From: the human T2T-CHM13v2.0 reference genome, Homo sapiens | DNA length: 64,000 nucleotides | Direction: 5' to 3' (one strand) | NCBI RefSeq assembly: GCF_009914755.1 | Contig: NC_060947.1 | Shown here: piece by piece, positions 1-13,204 of the stretch | How the letters are laid out: the number at the start of each line of letters is the position of its first letter | How positions within the stretch are numbered: the first letter of the stretch is position 1 | Notes under the pieces: model-generated | What the model saw: only the letters and a program-made list of their open reading frames with translations | What the model was told of the DNA's origin: nothing | The model's database searches: none | Position numbers and translations under genes: made by a program

Positions 1-123
1 TACTGCTGGAGGAGGGAGTGTAATGTGTTATAATTACTTTGGACAACTGGTTGAGCCAGTATCTACTAAAGTTAAAAATATCCATGCATTGTTATCAAAT
101 AATTCCACTCCTAGGGGGAAGAC

Positions 124-440
124 ATATATATATATCATATATATAATATATATTATATTATATATATATCATATATATAATATATATTATATTATATATA
201 TATCATATATATAATATATATTATATTATATATATATCATATATATAATATATATTATATTATATATATATAATATAATATATTATATATATTATATTAT
301 TATATATTAAATATATTATTATATATAACATGTTATATATGTTATATAATAACATATATATTATTATAATAATATATTATATATTATATATGTCTTATAT
401 ATTATATATTATATTATATATTATATATGTCTTATATATA
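124..440. repeat. AT-rich (TA)n-like minisatellite, 34-bp period in its first part
   Basis: Almost pure A/T; TCAT recurs with its C at 136, 170, 204 and 238, then the array degenerates. Confidence 0.92.
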
Positions 441-449
441 TCAGAATAA

Positions 450-865
450 TAGATACATATTAACCTGAAAATGTATGAAGACAAAAGTATAAAAGTGCAT
501 AAATCATAAGTCAACACTCGTATGTAACCATGACCCTGGTTGACACTGCCAGCATCCCAGAAACCACCCTCACACCCTCAGATGTCTCCAAATCACTACT
601 TCTCCTTCCTCCCCCAAAAAAACCAATCTTAACTTCTACAACATAGAGTAGTTGTGCTTTCTTTTAAACTTTATATATATGGAATTGTACAGCATATATA
701 TTTTTTATGCTTGGCTTCCTTTGTGCAATACAATGTCTATGAGGTTGATTGATACTGTGTGTATACTGGAGTTCAGTTTTGTCATTGCTGAATAGAATTA
801 ATTTTCATGTGACTGTATATGCATTTATTTATTCTACTATTGATGAACATTGAGTTTGTTTTCAA
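450..865 (-). mobile_element. Ancient L1ME-like 3' fragment
   Basis: Resembles the antisense L1ME 3' end (tttaaactttatatatatggaattgtacagcatata...ttctactattgatgaacattgagtttgtttt); heavily diverged. Confidence 0.55.
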
Positions 866-1779
866 ACGTCATGCAAAAACAAAATTGAAAAAAAGACATG
901 TGCTGATAAAAGACCATAAAAATACTTCATTGCCAACAAATCAGCACTACAAAAACTACTTTTGAAAAAGTTCTCATCATTAATCATTAGAAAAATGCTT
1001 AAATCAAAACCACAATAAGATATCACCTCAATTAAGTGGATTAAATTATCTAATCAAAAGATAGAGTGTTTAAATGGACCCCCCAAAAAAAAAGAGCCAA
1101 TTATATGCTCCCTGCAAGAGACCCACTCTACCTCAAGGACACATATAGGTGAAGGAATGGACAAAGGTATTCCATGCAAATGGTAACCAAAATAGAGCAT
1201 AGGTGGCTATACTTATGTCCAATAAAATATACTTCAAGTCAAAAACTGTCACAAGTGACAGATAAAATCATTATTTAATGATAAAGGGCTCAATTCATCA
1301 AGAGGACATAATAATTATAAATACATATGCACAGAACATTGGAGCACCAGCACCTAAATATATAAAGCAAATATTAATGAACATTAATTAATAGATAACA
1401 ATACAATAATAGTAGGGGATTTTGGTACCCAACTTTCAACAATGGACAGAAAAACTAGACAAAAAATTAATAAGAAAATACTGGAATTGAACTGCACTTT
1501 AGACAAAATAAACCTAACAGATATATACAGAACTTTCCATCCAATGGCAGCAGAATACACCTTCTTCTCTAGTCCACATGGATCATTCTTCAGGATAGAA
1601 CACATGTGAGGCCACAAAATAAGTCTTAACAAATTTAAGATCAAATTCATCAAGTATTGTTTCCAACCATAATGGTATGAAACTAGCAATCAATAACATA
1701 AAATTTTAGAAATTTGACAAATATGTATAAACAGTATGCTCCTGAACAGCCAATGAGTCAAAGAAGAAATCAAAAGGGA

Positions 1780-3525
1780 GTGTGTAGAAGTGTCAGAGTA
1801 CAGCTCCCTCTCCCTCTCCCTCTCCCTCTCCCTCTCCCCTCTCCCCTCTCCCCTCTGCCTCTCCCTCTCCCTCTCCCCACAGTCTCCCTCTCCCTCTCTT
1901 TCCACGGTCTCCCTCTCATGCTGAGCCGAAGCTGGACTGTACTGCTGCCATCTCGGCTCACTGCAACCTCCCTGCCTGATTCTCCTGACTCAGCCTGCCA
2001 AGTGCCTGCGATTGCAGGCTCGCGCCGCCACGCCTGACTGGTTTTGGTGGAGACGGGGTTTCGCTGTGTTGGCCAGGCCGGTCTCCAGCCCCTAACCGCA
2101 AGTGATCCGCCAGCCTCGGCCTCCCGAGGTGCCGGGATTGCAGACGGAGTCTCGTTCACTCAGTGCTCAATGGTGCCCAGGCTGGAGTGCAGTGGCATGA
2201 TCTCGGCTCACTACAACCTCCACCTCCCAGCCGCCTGCCTTGGCCTCCCAAAGTGCCGAGATTGCAGCCTCTGCCCGGCTGCCACCCCATCTGGGAAGTG
2301 AGGAGCGTCTCTGCCTGGCCGCCCATCGTCTGGGATGTGAGGAGCCCCTCTGCCTGGCTGCCCAGTCTGGAAAGTGAGGAGGGTCTCCGCCCGGCCGCCA
2401 TCCCACCTAGGAAGTGAGGAGCACCTCTTCCCTGCGGCCATCACATCTAGGAAGTGAGGAGCGTCTCTGCCCGGCGCCCATCGTCTGAGATGTGAGGAGC
2501 ACCTCTGCCCGGCTGCGACCCCGTCTGGGAGGTGAGGAGCATCTCTGCCCGGACGCCCCGTCTGAGAAGTGAGGAGACCCTCTGCCTGGCAACCGCCCCG
2601 TCTGAGAAGTGAGGAGCCCCTCCGCCCGGCAGCCGCCCCGTCTGAGAAGTGAGGAGCCTCTCCGCCCAGCAGCCACCCAGTCTGGGAAGTGAGGAGCATC
2701 TCCGCCCGGCAGCCACCCCGTCCGGGAGGGAGGTGGGGGGGTCAGCCCCCCGCCCCGCCAGCCGCCCCATCTGGGAGGGAGGTGGGGGCGTCAGCCCCCC
2801 ACCAGGCCAGCCGCCCCGTCCAGGAGGGAGGTGGGGGGGTCAGCCCCCCGCCCGGCCAGCTGCCCCGTCCGGGAGGGAGGTGGGGGGGTCAGCCCCCCGC
2901 CTGGCCAGCCACCCCGCCCGGGAGGTGAGGGGCACCTCTGCCCGGCCGCCCCTACTGGGAAGTGAGGAGCCCCTCTGCCCGGCCACCACCCCATCTGGGA
3001 GGTGTGCCCAACAGCTCATTGAGAACGGGCCAGGATGACAATGGCGGCTTTGTGGAATAGAAAGGCGGGAAAGGTGGGGAAAAGATTGAGAAATCGGATG
3101 GTTGCCTTGTCTGTGTAGAAAGAAGTAGACATGGGAGACTTTTCATTTTGTTCTGTACTAAGAAAACTTCTTCTGCCGTGGGATCCTGTTGATCTGTGAC
3201 CTTACCCCCAACCCTGTGCTCTCTGAAACATGTGCTGTGTCCACTCAGGGTTAAATGGATTAAGGGTGGTGCAAGATGTGCTTTGTTAAACAGATGCTTG
3301 AAGGCAGCATGCTAGTTAAGAGTCATCACCACTCCCTAATCTCAAGTACCCAGGGACACAAACACTGTGGAAGGCCGCAGGGTCCTCTGCCTAGGAAAAC
3401 CAGAGACCTTTGTTCACTTGTTTATCTGCTGACCTTCCCTCCACTATTGTCCTATGACCCTGCCAAATCCCCCTCTGTGAGAAACACCCAAGAATTATCA
3501 ATAAAAAATAAATAAATTTTAAAAA
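1780..3525 (+). mobile_element. Full-length SVA retrotransposon (young SVA_E/F-like)
   Basis: (CCCTCT)n ~1804-1900, Alu-like domain ~1900-2270, GC-rich VNTR ~2270-3000, SINE-R ~3000-3500, AATAAA and A tail; perfect 20-bp TSD AAAGAAGAAATCAAAAGGGA at 1760-1779 and 3526-3545. Subfamily from remembered diagnostics (gactggttttggtggagac; aattatcaataaa). Confidence 0.97.
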
Positions 3526-6192
3526 AAAGAAGAAATCAAAAGGGAAATTTAGAAATATATTGAGATAAATGACAATGAAAACAGCATATCAAATCCTATG
3601 ATATGCAGCAAAAGTAGTTCTAGGATGAAAGTTCATATTAATAAATGCCTACATTATAAAAAGAAAGATTACAAATACAGAGCCTAACATTATGCCTCAA
3701 GGAACTAGAAAGGGAAGAAAAAGCTAAACTCAAATTTAGCAGAAGGAAAGCAATAAAGACAAGAATAAATATGAAAAATAGAAAATATAAAACCATAGAA
3801 AAAAGCAATAAAATTAAAATATTTTTCCTACCTAAACTAGAAAAAAGAGAAGTCTTAGATATATAAAATCAGAAAACAAAGTGGTGATATTACAATAAAC
3901 ATCTCTGAAATAAAAAGAATCATAAAAAACTATTATAAACAATTATATGCCAACAAATTTGATAGCCCAAAGAATGGATAAACTCCTAGAAACACATAAC
4001 TTCCAAGATTGAATCAAGAAGAAATAGAAGGCCTGAATAGACAACTAACAAAAAAAATGAGGTAGTAATTTAAAACCTCCAGACAAAGAAAAGCTTAGAA
4101 CCAGATAGCTTCACAGGTGAATACTACCAATCTTCAAAGAAGAATTAATACCGATACTTCTTAGATTCTTCAAAATAATAGGATGCATGGACTATTTCCT
4201 AACATATTTTATGAGGCCAGGGTCACCTTGAAAGCTAAGAATACAAAGACAATGCAAGAAAACAATGCTACAAGCCAACATATCTCATTAACATTGATGC
4301 AAAAATCCCTAATAAAATATTAGCAATTATATTTCAACATCACATGAAAAAGATTATACTTCATAGTAAAATGGGATTTATCCCTGAGATCCAAGACTGA
4401 TTTAACATTCTTGAATCAGTGTGATACATCACATTAACCAACGTAAGACAAACCCACATGATTATATCAGTTGATGCAAAAAAGTATTTGAGATATGGGA
4501 GGAAAATGGCAGATAGAAGACAGGACTAACATGCAGCTCCCATTTTGATGGACAAAACAGCATATGGAGAATCACACTATGAATTTTTGATCCAAGAACC
4601 ACTGCAGGAATATACCAGGACAACTGAAAGAATTCACAGATGCTTTGAAAGAAGTGGCTTGCCACGGCAAACTCCATGAGACAGCTGAAAAACTGTAAGT
4701 TCCCAAAGTGTGAGGGGTGGGGGGATGTACGCCTCCAAAAACACATCCCCACTGGAGAACCTGAAAATCCAAATCACAGGAAAGGATTTAACCTTACTTA
4801 GAGATGAAACGGATTTAGGGAGCCAAGCAAAATATAAAAGTAGAAGAAGCAGTGAGAAGAGCCCTGTAGGCCCTTCCAGTCCCCAGCTCAAGCCCAGGGA
4901 AGCCATTTCTGACATTATCTCACAGGTGTCCTTGGGGAGGGCAGCTGGTATAATTTGGGAGGGGCCATAGGGTGAAGGAAGCTTCTAGCTTAACTTTGTA
5001 ATGATTTCAACTGAGCATGAATTTTCCTAAGCAGGATACAGGAATGGTGCAAATGAGAAGTGCAGATATGAGTGCAGAAGCTGCAGCTGATGGTGCAGGC
5101 AAGTGGGGAGGGGTGAAGCCTGAGAGGCCTGCTTGCTTTCTCAGCAGGGTGGCTTGTAGCCTGGGGCAAGATCTTAGCCCTGCTCACCAGCTGCCTGGAT
5201 ATAAACTCAGTGCTATTGATGGAGCATGGCAGGAGTGAGACTGGCCTTGCTAGATGCATAGGAGCTGGGTGAGGCCTGTCACTGCCAGCTTTCCCCTACT
5301 TCCTTGGTGACTTATATTACATAGCATAGGCAGCCATAATTCCCCTGGGATCATAACTCCATTGGCCTGAGAACCATGCCCCCATCCCCCACAGTGGCCA
5401 CAGCTAGCCCCACCCAAGGAGAGTCTGAGCTCAGACCCACCTACCCTGTCCCACCTAATCATTTTTCTCTATCTACCCTGATAGCCAAAATCAAAAGACA
5501 TAAATGCTTGGCAGCTCTAAACTCATAAACTATGGTTCCACCCATTGCCCAAGAAACCCAATTACTTATCCTGACCAATGTAGTGTAAGCTCATATCCCC
5601 TTCTACTACCACAGCTGGTGCTCTCTTGAGAGTACCACCTCCTGGCTGGTGGCCAACAAATTCAAGCCATTATGGCAACTCATAACAGTACAACCCTGCT
5701 CCAAAGAAGGAGTAAACAACAGCTAATTCAACTGCCTGCAACACCATGGTATGGCTAACCGGGGCTTCTGAGTCTGTTTAGGTGACAACATCACTGCTAG
5801 CATAATCAGCATTCCAGAACAACAGTTCACTAAACAAAACTACAGCCAAGGACTCCCACTGAGTCCACTTCACTCCCCTGCCACCTTCACCAGAACAGGT
5901 GCTGGTATCCGTGGCTGAGAGACTGGAAGACAGATCACAACACAGGACTTTTTGGATATATTCCCCAGCAGCAGCTGGGAGCCCAGTAGCCCTACTGGGT
6001 GGCTAGACCCAGTAGCCCTACTGGGTGGCTAGACCCAGTAGGACAAAAACAATCACTGCAGTCTGGCTCTCAGGCAGCCCCACCCCAAGGGGAAAGGGGA
6101 GAGCACCACATCAAGGGATCACCCCATGAGACAAAAGAATTTGAACAGCAGCCCTTCAGTTTGATATCTTTCCATTGAAAACAGTCTCCCAA

Positions 6193-7200
6193 ATGAGAAG
6201 GAACCAGAAAAGTAATTCTTGTCATATGACAAAACAAAGTTCTATAACACCCCCAAAAGATCACAGTAGTTCTCCAGCAATGAATCTAAACCAAGAATAA
6301 ATCTCTGAATTGCCAGATAAAGAATTCAGAAGGTGGATTATTAAGCTACTCAAGGAGCTACCAGAGAAAGGTGGAAACCAACTTAAGGACACAAAAAACA
6401 ATACAGGATATGGATGAAAAAGTCTCCAGAGAAATAGATTTCCCAAAGAAAAGACATGCACAACTTCTGGAAATGAAAGATACACTTTAGAGAAATGCAA
6501 AATACACTGGAAAGGTTTGATAATACAATTCAAAAAGTAGATGAAAGAACTTCAGAACTTGAAGACAAGGCTTTCAAATTAACCCAAGCCAACAAAGATA
6601 AAGAAAAAAGAATTTAAGAAAATGAACAAGGCCTCCAAGAAATTTGGGATTATGTTAAATGACCAAACATAAAAATAATTGGTGTTCCTGAGGAACAAGA
6701 GAAATTTAAAAGTTTGAAAACCTTATTTGAGGAAATAATGCAGGAAAATGTCCCTGGTCTTTCTAGGGATCTAGACATTCAAATAGAAGAAGCACAAAGA
6801 ATACCTGGAAAACTCATCACAAAAAGATCATCACCTAGGCACATAGTCATCAGGTTATCTAAAGTCAAGACAAAGGAAAGGATCGTAAGTGTTGTGAGGC
6901 AAAAACATCAGGTAATCTATGGAAAAAAAAAAACCTATCAGATTGACAGCAGATTTCTCAGCAGAAACCCTACATGCCAGAAGGAATTGGGGTCTTGTCC
7001 TAAACCTTCTTAAGGAAAATAATTATCAGCCAAAAATGCTGTACCCAGCAAAATTAAGCATCATAAATGAAGGAAAGATAGTCTTTCAGACAAACAAATG
7101 CTGAGAGAATTCACCACTATCAAGCAAGCACTACAAAAAAAAAATGCTAAAAGGAGTTAAAAATCTTGAAACAAAACCTCAAAATACACCAAAATAGAAC
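6193..7200 (+). pseudogene. L1PB ORF1p remnant (stops and frameshifts)
   Basis: Fragments 'LFEEIMQENVPGLSRDLDIQIEEAQR' and 'KPIRLTADFSAETLHARRNWG' match L1 ORF1p; end approximate. Confidence 0.85.
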
Positions 7201-7293
7201 CTCCTTAAAGCATAAATCTCACAGGGCCTGTAAGATGATAATACAATGGAAAAACAAAACAAAACAAAACAAGGTATTCAGGCAACAAGCAGC

Positions 7294-10200
7294 ATGATGA
7301 ATAAAACAGTGCCTCCCATCTTAACACTAAGTTTGGAAGTAAAGGGCCTAAATGTTCCACTTAAAAGACACAAAATGGCAGAATGGATGAAATCCACCAA
7401 CCAAGTATCTGCTGTCTTCAAGAGACTCACCTAACACATAAGGACTCACATAAACTTAAGGTATAGAGGTGGAAAAATATATTTCATGTAAATGGAAACC
7501 AAAAGCGAGCAGGAGTAGCTTTGTTTATATCAGGCAAAACAGACTTTAAAGCAACAACAGTTAAAAAACAAAAAGAGGGACATTATATAATGATAAAAGG
7601 ATTAGTCCAAGAGGAAAATATTACAATTCTAAATATACATGCACCTAATACTGGAGCTCCCAAATTTATAAAGCAATTACTACTAGACATAAGAAATGAA
7701 ATAGACAACAACGCAATAATAGTGGAAGAATTCAATACTCTTCTGACAGCACTAGATAGGTCATCAAGACAGAAAGTCAACAAAGAAACAATAGACTTAA
7801 ACTACACCCTAGAACAAATTGACTTAACAGATATTTACTGAGCATTCTAGCCAACAACTGCAGAATATACATACTTATTCCCCAAGACAGACCATATGAG
7901 AGTCCACAAAACAAGTCTCAATAAATTTAAAAAATTTGAAATTTTATCAAGTACTCTCTCAGACCACAGTGGAGTAAAATTGGAAATTAACTCCAAAAGG
8001 AATGCTCAAAACTATACAAATACATGGAAATTAAATAACCTGATCATGAATGATCTTAGGGTCAACAATGAAATCAAGATGGAAATTTAAAAGTTCTTTG
8101 AACCGAATGATAATATGACACAGTCTATCAAAATCTCTGGGATACAGCAAAAGAGGACTACGAGGAAAGTTCATAGCATTAAATGCCTACATCAAAAAGT
8201 CTGAAAGAGCACAAATAGAAAATCTAAGCTCAAACCTTAAGGAACTAGAGAAATAAGAACAAACCAAACCCAAACCCAGCAGAAGAAAAGAAATTACAAA
8301 AATCAGAGCAGAACTAAATGAAATTGAAACAAACAAAAATAAATACAAAAGATAAATGAAACAAAAAACTGGTTCTTTGAAAAGATAAACAAAATCGATA
8401 GACTGCTAGTGAGATTAGATTAACCAAGAAAAGATGAGAGAAGATCCAAATAAGCTCAACTAGAAATGAAATGGGAGATATTGCAACCAATACCACAGAA
8501 ATACAAAAGATCATTCAAGGCTACTATGAACACCTTTATGCACAAAAACTAGAAAACCTAGAGAAGGTGGATAATTTCCTAGAAATATACAACCCTCCTA
8601 GATTAAAACAGGAAGAAATAGAAACTCTGAATAGACCAAAAACAAGTAGCAAGATTGAAACAGTAAGAAAAAAAAATTGCCAACAAAAAAAAAGTCCAGG
8701 ACCAGATGGATTCACAGCTGAATTTTATCAGACATTCCAAGAAGAATTTGTACCAATCCTACTGAAGCTATTCCAAAAGATAGAGAAAGGGGAAATCCTC
8801 CCTAAATCATTCTACAAATCCAGTATTACCCTAATACCAAAACCAGGAAAGGACATAACAAAAAAAAAAAAGAAAATTGCAGACCAATATCCCCAATGAA
8901 CATAGATGCAAAAATCCTCAACAAAATATTAGCTAACTGAATCCAACTGCATATCCAAAAAAATAATACACCATGATCAAGTGGGTTTCATACCAGGGAC
9001 ACAGGGATGATTTAACATACACAAGTCAGTAAATGTGATACACCACATAAACAGAATTAAAAACCAAAATTCTATGATCATCTCAATAGATGCAAAAAAA
9101 GCATTGACAAAACCCAGCATCCCTTTATGATTAAAACACTCAGCGAAATAGGTATAGATGAGAAATATCTTAAAGTAATGAAAGCCATCTATGACAAGCC
9201 CACAGTCAACATTATACCAAATGGGGAAAAGTTGAAACATTCCCCCTGAGAACTGGAACAAGACAAGGGTGCTAATTTTCACCACATGATGAATAGAACC
9301 ATACCTCACATAGTACTGGAAGTCCTAGCCAGAGCAGTCAGACAAGAGAAAGAAATAAAGGGCATCCAAATTAGTAAACAGGAAGTCTAAGAGTAACTGA
9401 TTACTGATGATATTACTATATACTTAGAAAACCTTAAAGACTCATTCAAAAAGCTCCTAGATCTGATAAATGAACTCAGTAAAGTTTCAGAATACAAAAT
9501 CAATGTAAAAAATCAATAGCACTGCTATACACTAACAGTGTCCAAGCTGAGAATCAAATTAAGAATTCAATCCCTTTTACGATAGCTGCAAAATAAAATA
9601 AAATACTTAGGAATATACCTAACCAAGGAGATGAAAGATCTTTACAAGGAAAACTATAAAACACTGCTAAAAGAAATCATAGACAACATGAACAAATGAA
9701 AACACATCCTATGCTCATGGATAAATAGAATCAATATTGTGAAAATGACCATATTACCTAAAGTAATGTATAAATTTAATGCAATTCTCATCAAAATGCT
9801 ATTATCAATCTTCACAGAACTATAAAAAACAATCCTAAAATTCATATGGAACAAAGAAAGAGCCCACATATTCACAAGACTAAGCAAAAAGAACAAATCT
9901 GGAAGCATCACATTACCTGACTTCAACCTATACATGGCTATAGTTACCAAAACATCATGGCACTGTTATAAAAACAGGCAAGTAGACCAATGGAACAGAA
10001 TAGAGAAACCAGAAATAAAGCCAAATACTTATAGTCAACTGATCTTTGACAAAGCAAACAAAACATAAAGTGGGAAAAGGACACCCTATTAAGCAATGGT
10101 GCTGGGATAATTGGCAAGCCACACGTAATAGAATAAAGCTGTATCCTCATCTCTCACCTTATACAAAAAGCAACTCAAGATTGATCAAAGACTTAAATCT

Positions 10201-11121
10201 AAGACATGAAAACATAAAAATTCTAAAAGACAACATCAGAAAAACTCTTGCAGACATTGGCTTAGGCAAAGAGTTCATGACCAAAAAACCAAAAGCATAT
10301 GCAACAGAAACAAAGATTTAAAAAGGGGAGACTTAATTAAACTCAAAAGCTTCTGCACAGCAAAAGAAATTATCAGTAGAGTAAACAGACAACCCACAGG
10401 GTGGGAGAAAATCTTCACAAGCTATGCATCCAACAAAGGAATAATATCCAGAATCCACAAGGAACTCAAATAAATTAGCAAGAAATAAACAAATAATTTT
10501 ATCAAAAAGTGGACTAAGGACATGAATACACAATTCTCAAAAGAAGGTATACAAATGGTCAACAAACATGAAAAAATGCTCAACATCAGTAATGATCAGG
10601 AAAATGCAAATCAAAACCACAATGTGATAGCACCTTACTCCTGTAAGAATGGCCATAATTTAAAAATAGATAAATAGATGTTGCCATGGATGTGATGAAA
10701 AGGGAACACTTTTACACTGCTGGTGGGAATGTAAACTGGTACAACCACTATGGAAAACAGTGTGGAGATTCCTTAAAGAACTAAAAGTAGAACTACCATT
10801 TGGTCCAGCAATCCCACTACTTGGTATCTACCCAGAGGAAAAGCAGTCACTATAAGAAAAAGACATGTGCACATGCATGCTTTTAGCAGCACAATTCTCA
10901 ATTGCAAAAATATGGAACCAGCCTATATGCCCATCAACCAATGAGTGGATAAAGAAAATGTGGTGTACATATATGCCATGGAATACTACTCAGCCACAAA
11001 AAGAAATGAAATAATGGCATTAGCAGCAACCTGGACAGAGTTGGAGACTATTATTATAAGTGAAATAACTCAGGAATGGAAACCCAAATATCATATGTTC
11101 TCACTTATAAGTGGGAGCTAA
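7294..11121 (+). pseudogene. L1PB ORF2p remnant (endonuclease/reverse transcriptase), multiply disrupted
   Basis: Fragments 'EGHYIMIKG...LNIHAPNTGAPKFIKQ', 'SDHSGVKLEIN', '[14 protein letters not shown]'. Confidence 0.88.
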
Positions 11122-12703
11122 GCTATGAGGACACAAAAGTGTAAGAGTGATATAATGAACTGTGGGGAATTGGGGGGAAGGGGCTGAGGGATTAAAAACT
11201 ACACATTGGATGCAGTGTACACTGCTTGGATGATGGGTGCACCAAAATCTCAGAAATCACCATTAAGGAACTTATCTGTGTATCCGAACACCAGCTGTTC
11301 CCCCCAAAACTATCAATATAATAATAAGAAGAAAAACTAAAAATATTTGACCAAGTTCAACATTCATTCTTGATTAAAAAAAAAACTTTTAACAATTTAG
11401 GTAAAGAATAAAACGTCATCAAAATAACAAAAGTCAATTATGAAAAACCCACAGTTAACATCACAATCAATGTTGAGAAACTGTAAACTTTTTCTCTAAG
11501 AACTACTACAAGGCAGGGTGCCCATTCTTGAAACTTTCATTCAACACAGTACCAGAAGTACTATCATGAGCAGTTAGACAAGAGAAAGAATTAAAAGATA
11601 TACAAATTGGGTAGGAAGAAATAAAATTATCTCTATTTGCAGATGACATGATACTATATGTAGAAAAACACAAAGACTCTGCCAAAAAACTGTTAGGCCT
11701 AATAAATGAATTCAGTAATGTTGCAAGTTATAAAATTAACAAACAAAAATTTATGGCTTTTCAAGCTACAGTGATCAAAACAGCATGCTACTTGCATAAA
11801 AGCAGACACATAGACCAATGGAACAAAATAGAGTAACCCAGAAACAAATCCACACACCTACAGTGAACTCATTTTCAACAAAGGTGACAAGGACATACAT
11901 TGGGGAAAAGACAATCTCTTCAATAAATAGTGCTGGCAAAATTAGATATCCATATGCAGAAAAAGGGATCTAGACCCTTATCTCTTACCGTATACAAAAA
12001 TCAAATCAAAATGCATTAAATACTTAAATCTAAGACCTCAAACCAAGAAGCTCCCACAAGAAAACATTGGGGAAAATCTCTAGGACATTGGTCTGGGCAA
12101 AAAATAGTTGAATAATACCCCACAAGCACAGACAACCAAACCAAAAATGGATAAATGTGGTCATAACAAGTTAAAAAGACTCTGCACAGCAAAAGAAACA
12201 ATCAACAAAGTGAAGAAGCAAACCACAGAATGGAACAAAATATTTGCAAAGTACCCATCTGACAAGAGATTAATAACTAGAATATTTATGGAGCTAAAAC
12301 AACTATATAGGAAAAAAAACCTACTAATCCAATCAAAAATGGGCAGAAGATTTGAATAGACATTTCTCAAAAGAAGACGTACAAATGGCATATGACCTAA
12401 AACCATAAAACTCCAAAAAGAAAATAAAGGGGAAAATATTGAGATTGGCCTTGGCAATGATTTCTTGAGTATCACAACTTAAGCTCAGGCTACAAAAGAA
12501 AAAATAAATAAATGAGACCACATCAAACTAAAAAGCTTCTTCACAGCAAAGAAAACAATTACCAAAATAAAAAGGCAACCTACAGACTGGGAAAAATATT
12601 CACAAACCATGTATCAGGTAAGAGGTTAATATCCAAGCTATATAAGGAAGTCATACAACTCAATAAGAAGAAAATATATTACCTGATTTAAAAATGGGCA
12701 AAT

Positions 12704-12877
12704 GGCTGGGCTCTGTGCTGGGTGCCTGTAATCCCAGCTACTGGGGAGGTTGAAGCAGGAGAATGGCTTACCCCCGAACCCAGGAGGTGGAGGTTGCAGT
12801 GAGCCAAGGTCGTGCAACTGCATTTCAGCCTGGGCGACAGAGTGAGACTTTGTCTCTAAATAAATAAATAAATAAAA
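12704..12877 (+). mobile_element. Alu monomer (right-arm type) with (TAAA)n tail
   Basis: ggctggg...gcctgtaatcccagctact...aggttgcagtgagcc...agcctgggcgacagagtgagact followed by the tail. Confidence 0.88.
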
Positions 12878-13204
12878 CCTGGCAATGGACTTGAATAGAC
12901 TTTTCTCCAAAGATGACATTAAAATGGCCAACAGGTACGTGAAAAGGTGCTCAACACCACTAACCATCAATAAAATGCATATCAAAATCACTAAGAGATA
13001 CCACCTTACACCTGTGAGGATAGTTATTCTCAAAGACACAAGCGATAACAAGTGTTGGCAAAAATCTGGAGAAAATGGGACCCTTGTACACTGTTGGTAG
13101 AAAGATACATTGGTGCAGTCACTATAAAAAAAACAGTATGGAGTTTCCTAAAGTTCATCTCCTCTGTTGACGCATTGTGTCCAGCTTCTCACCTGAAGTC
13201 CAAC

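Larger units (their letters stand above)
4492..11338 (+). mobile_element. Full-length L1PB element (L1PB2/3-like, L1PBa-type 5' UTR), inactive
   Basis: 5' end aaaatggcagatagaagacaggactaacatgcagctccc; ORF1 and ORF2 remnants in the ORF track; 3' UTR actacacattggatgcagtgtacactgc...caccaaaatctcagaaatcacc; degenerate TSD AAAAGTATTTGA (4480-4491) / AAAAATATTTGA (11339-11350). Confidence 0.92.
1030..13152 (+). mobile_element. Old LINE-1 (L1MA/L1MB age) ORF2-to-3' relic, split by SVA, L1PB and Alu insertions
   Basis: Degenerate ORF2 is collinear across the insertions: endonuclease region 1030-1779, resuming 3546-4491, resuming 11351 (RT motif 'tttgcagatgacatg' = FADDM at ~11636), 3' region to ~13150. 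Confidence 0.85.

Noticed and set aside
2270-3000. Regularly spaced GTGAGGAG units resembling a repeat-spacer array
   Set aside because: This is the ordinary SVA VNTR
1690-3515. Many overlapping 60-160 aa ORFs on both strands
   Set aside because: All fall within SVA hexamer, Alu-like, VNTR or SINE-R sequence; GC-rich repeats lack stops by composition
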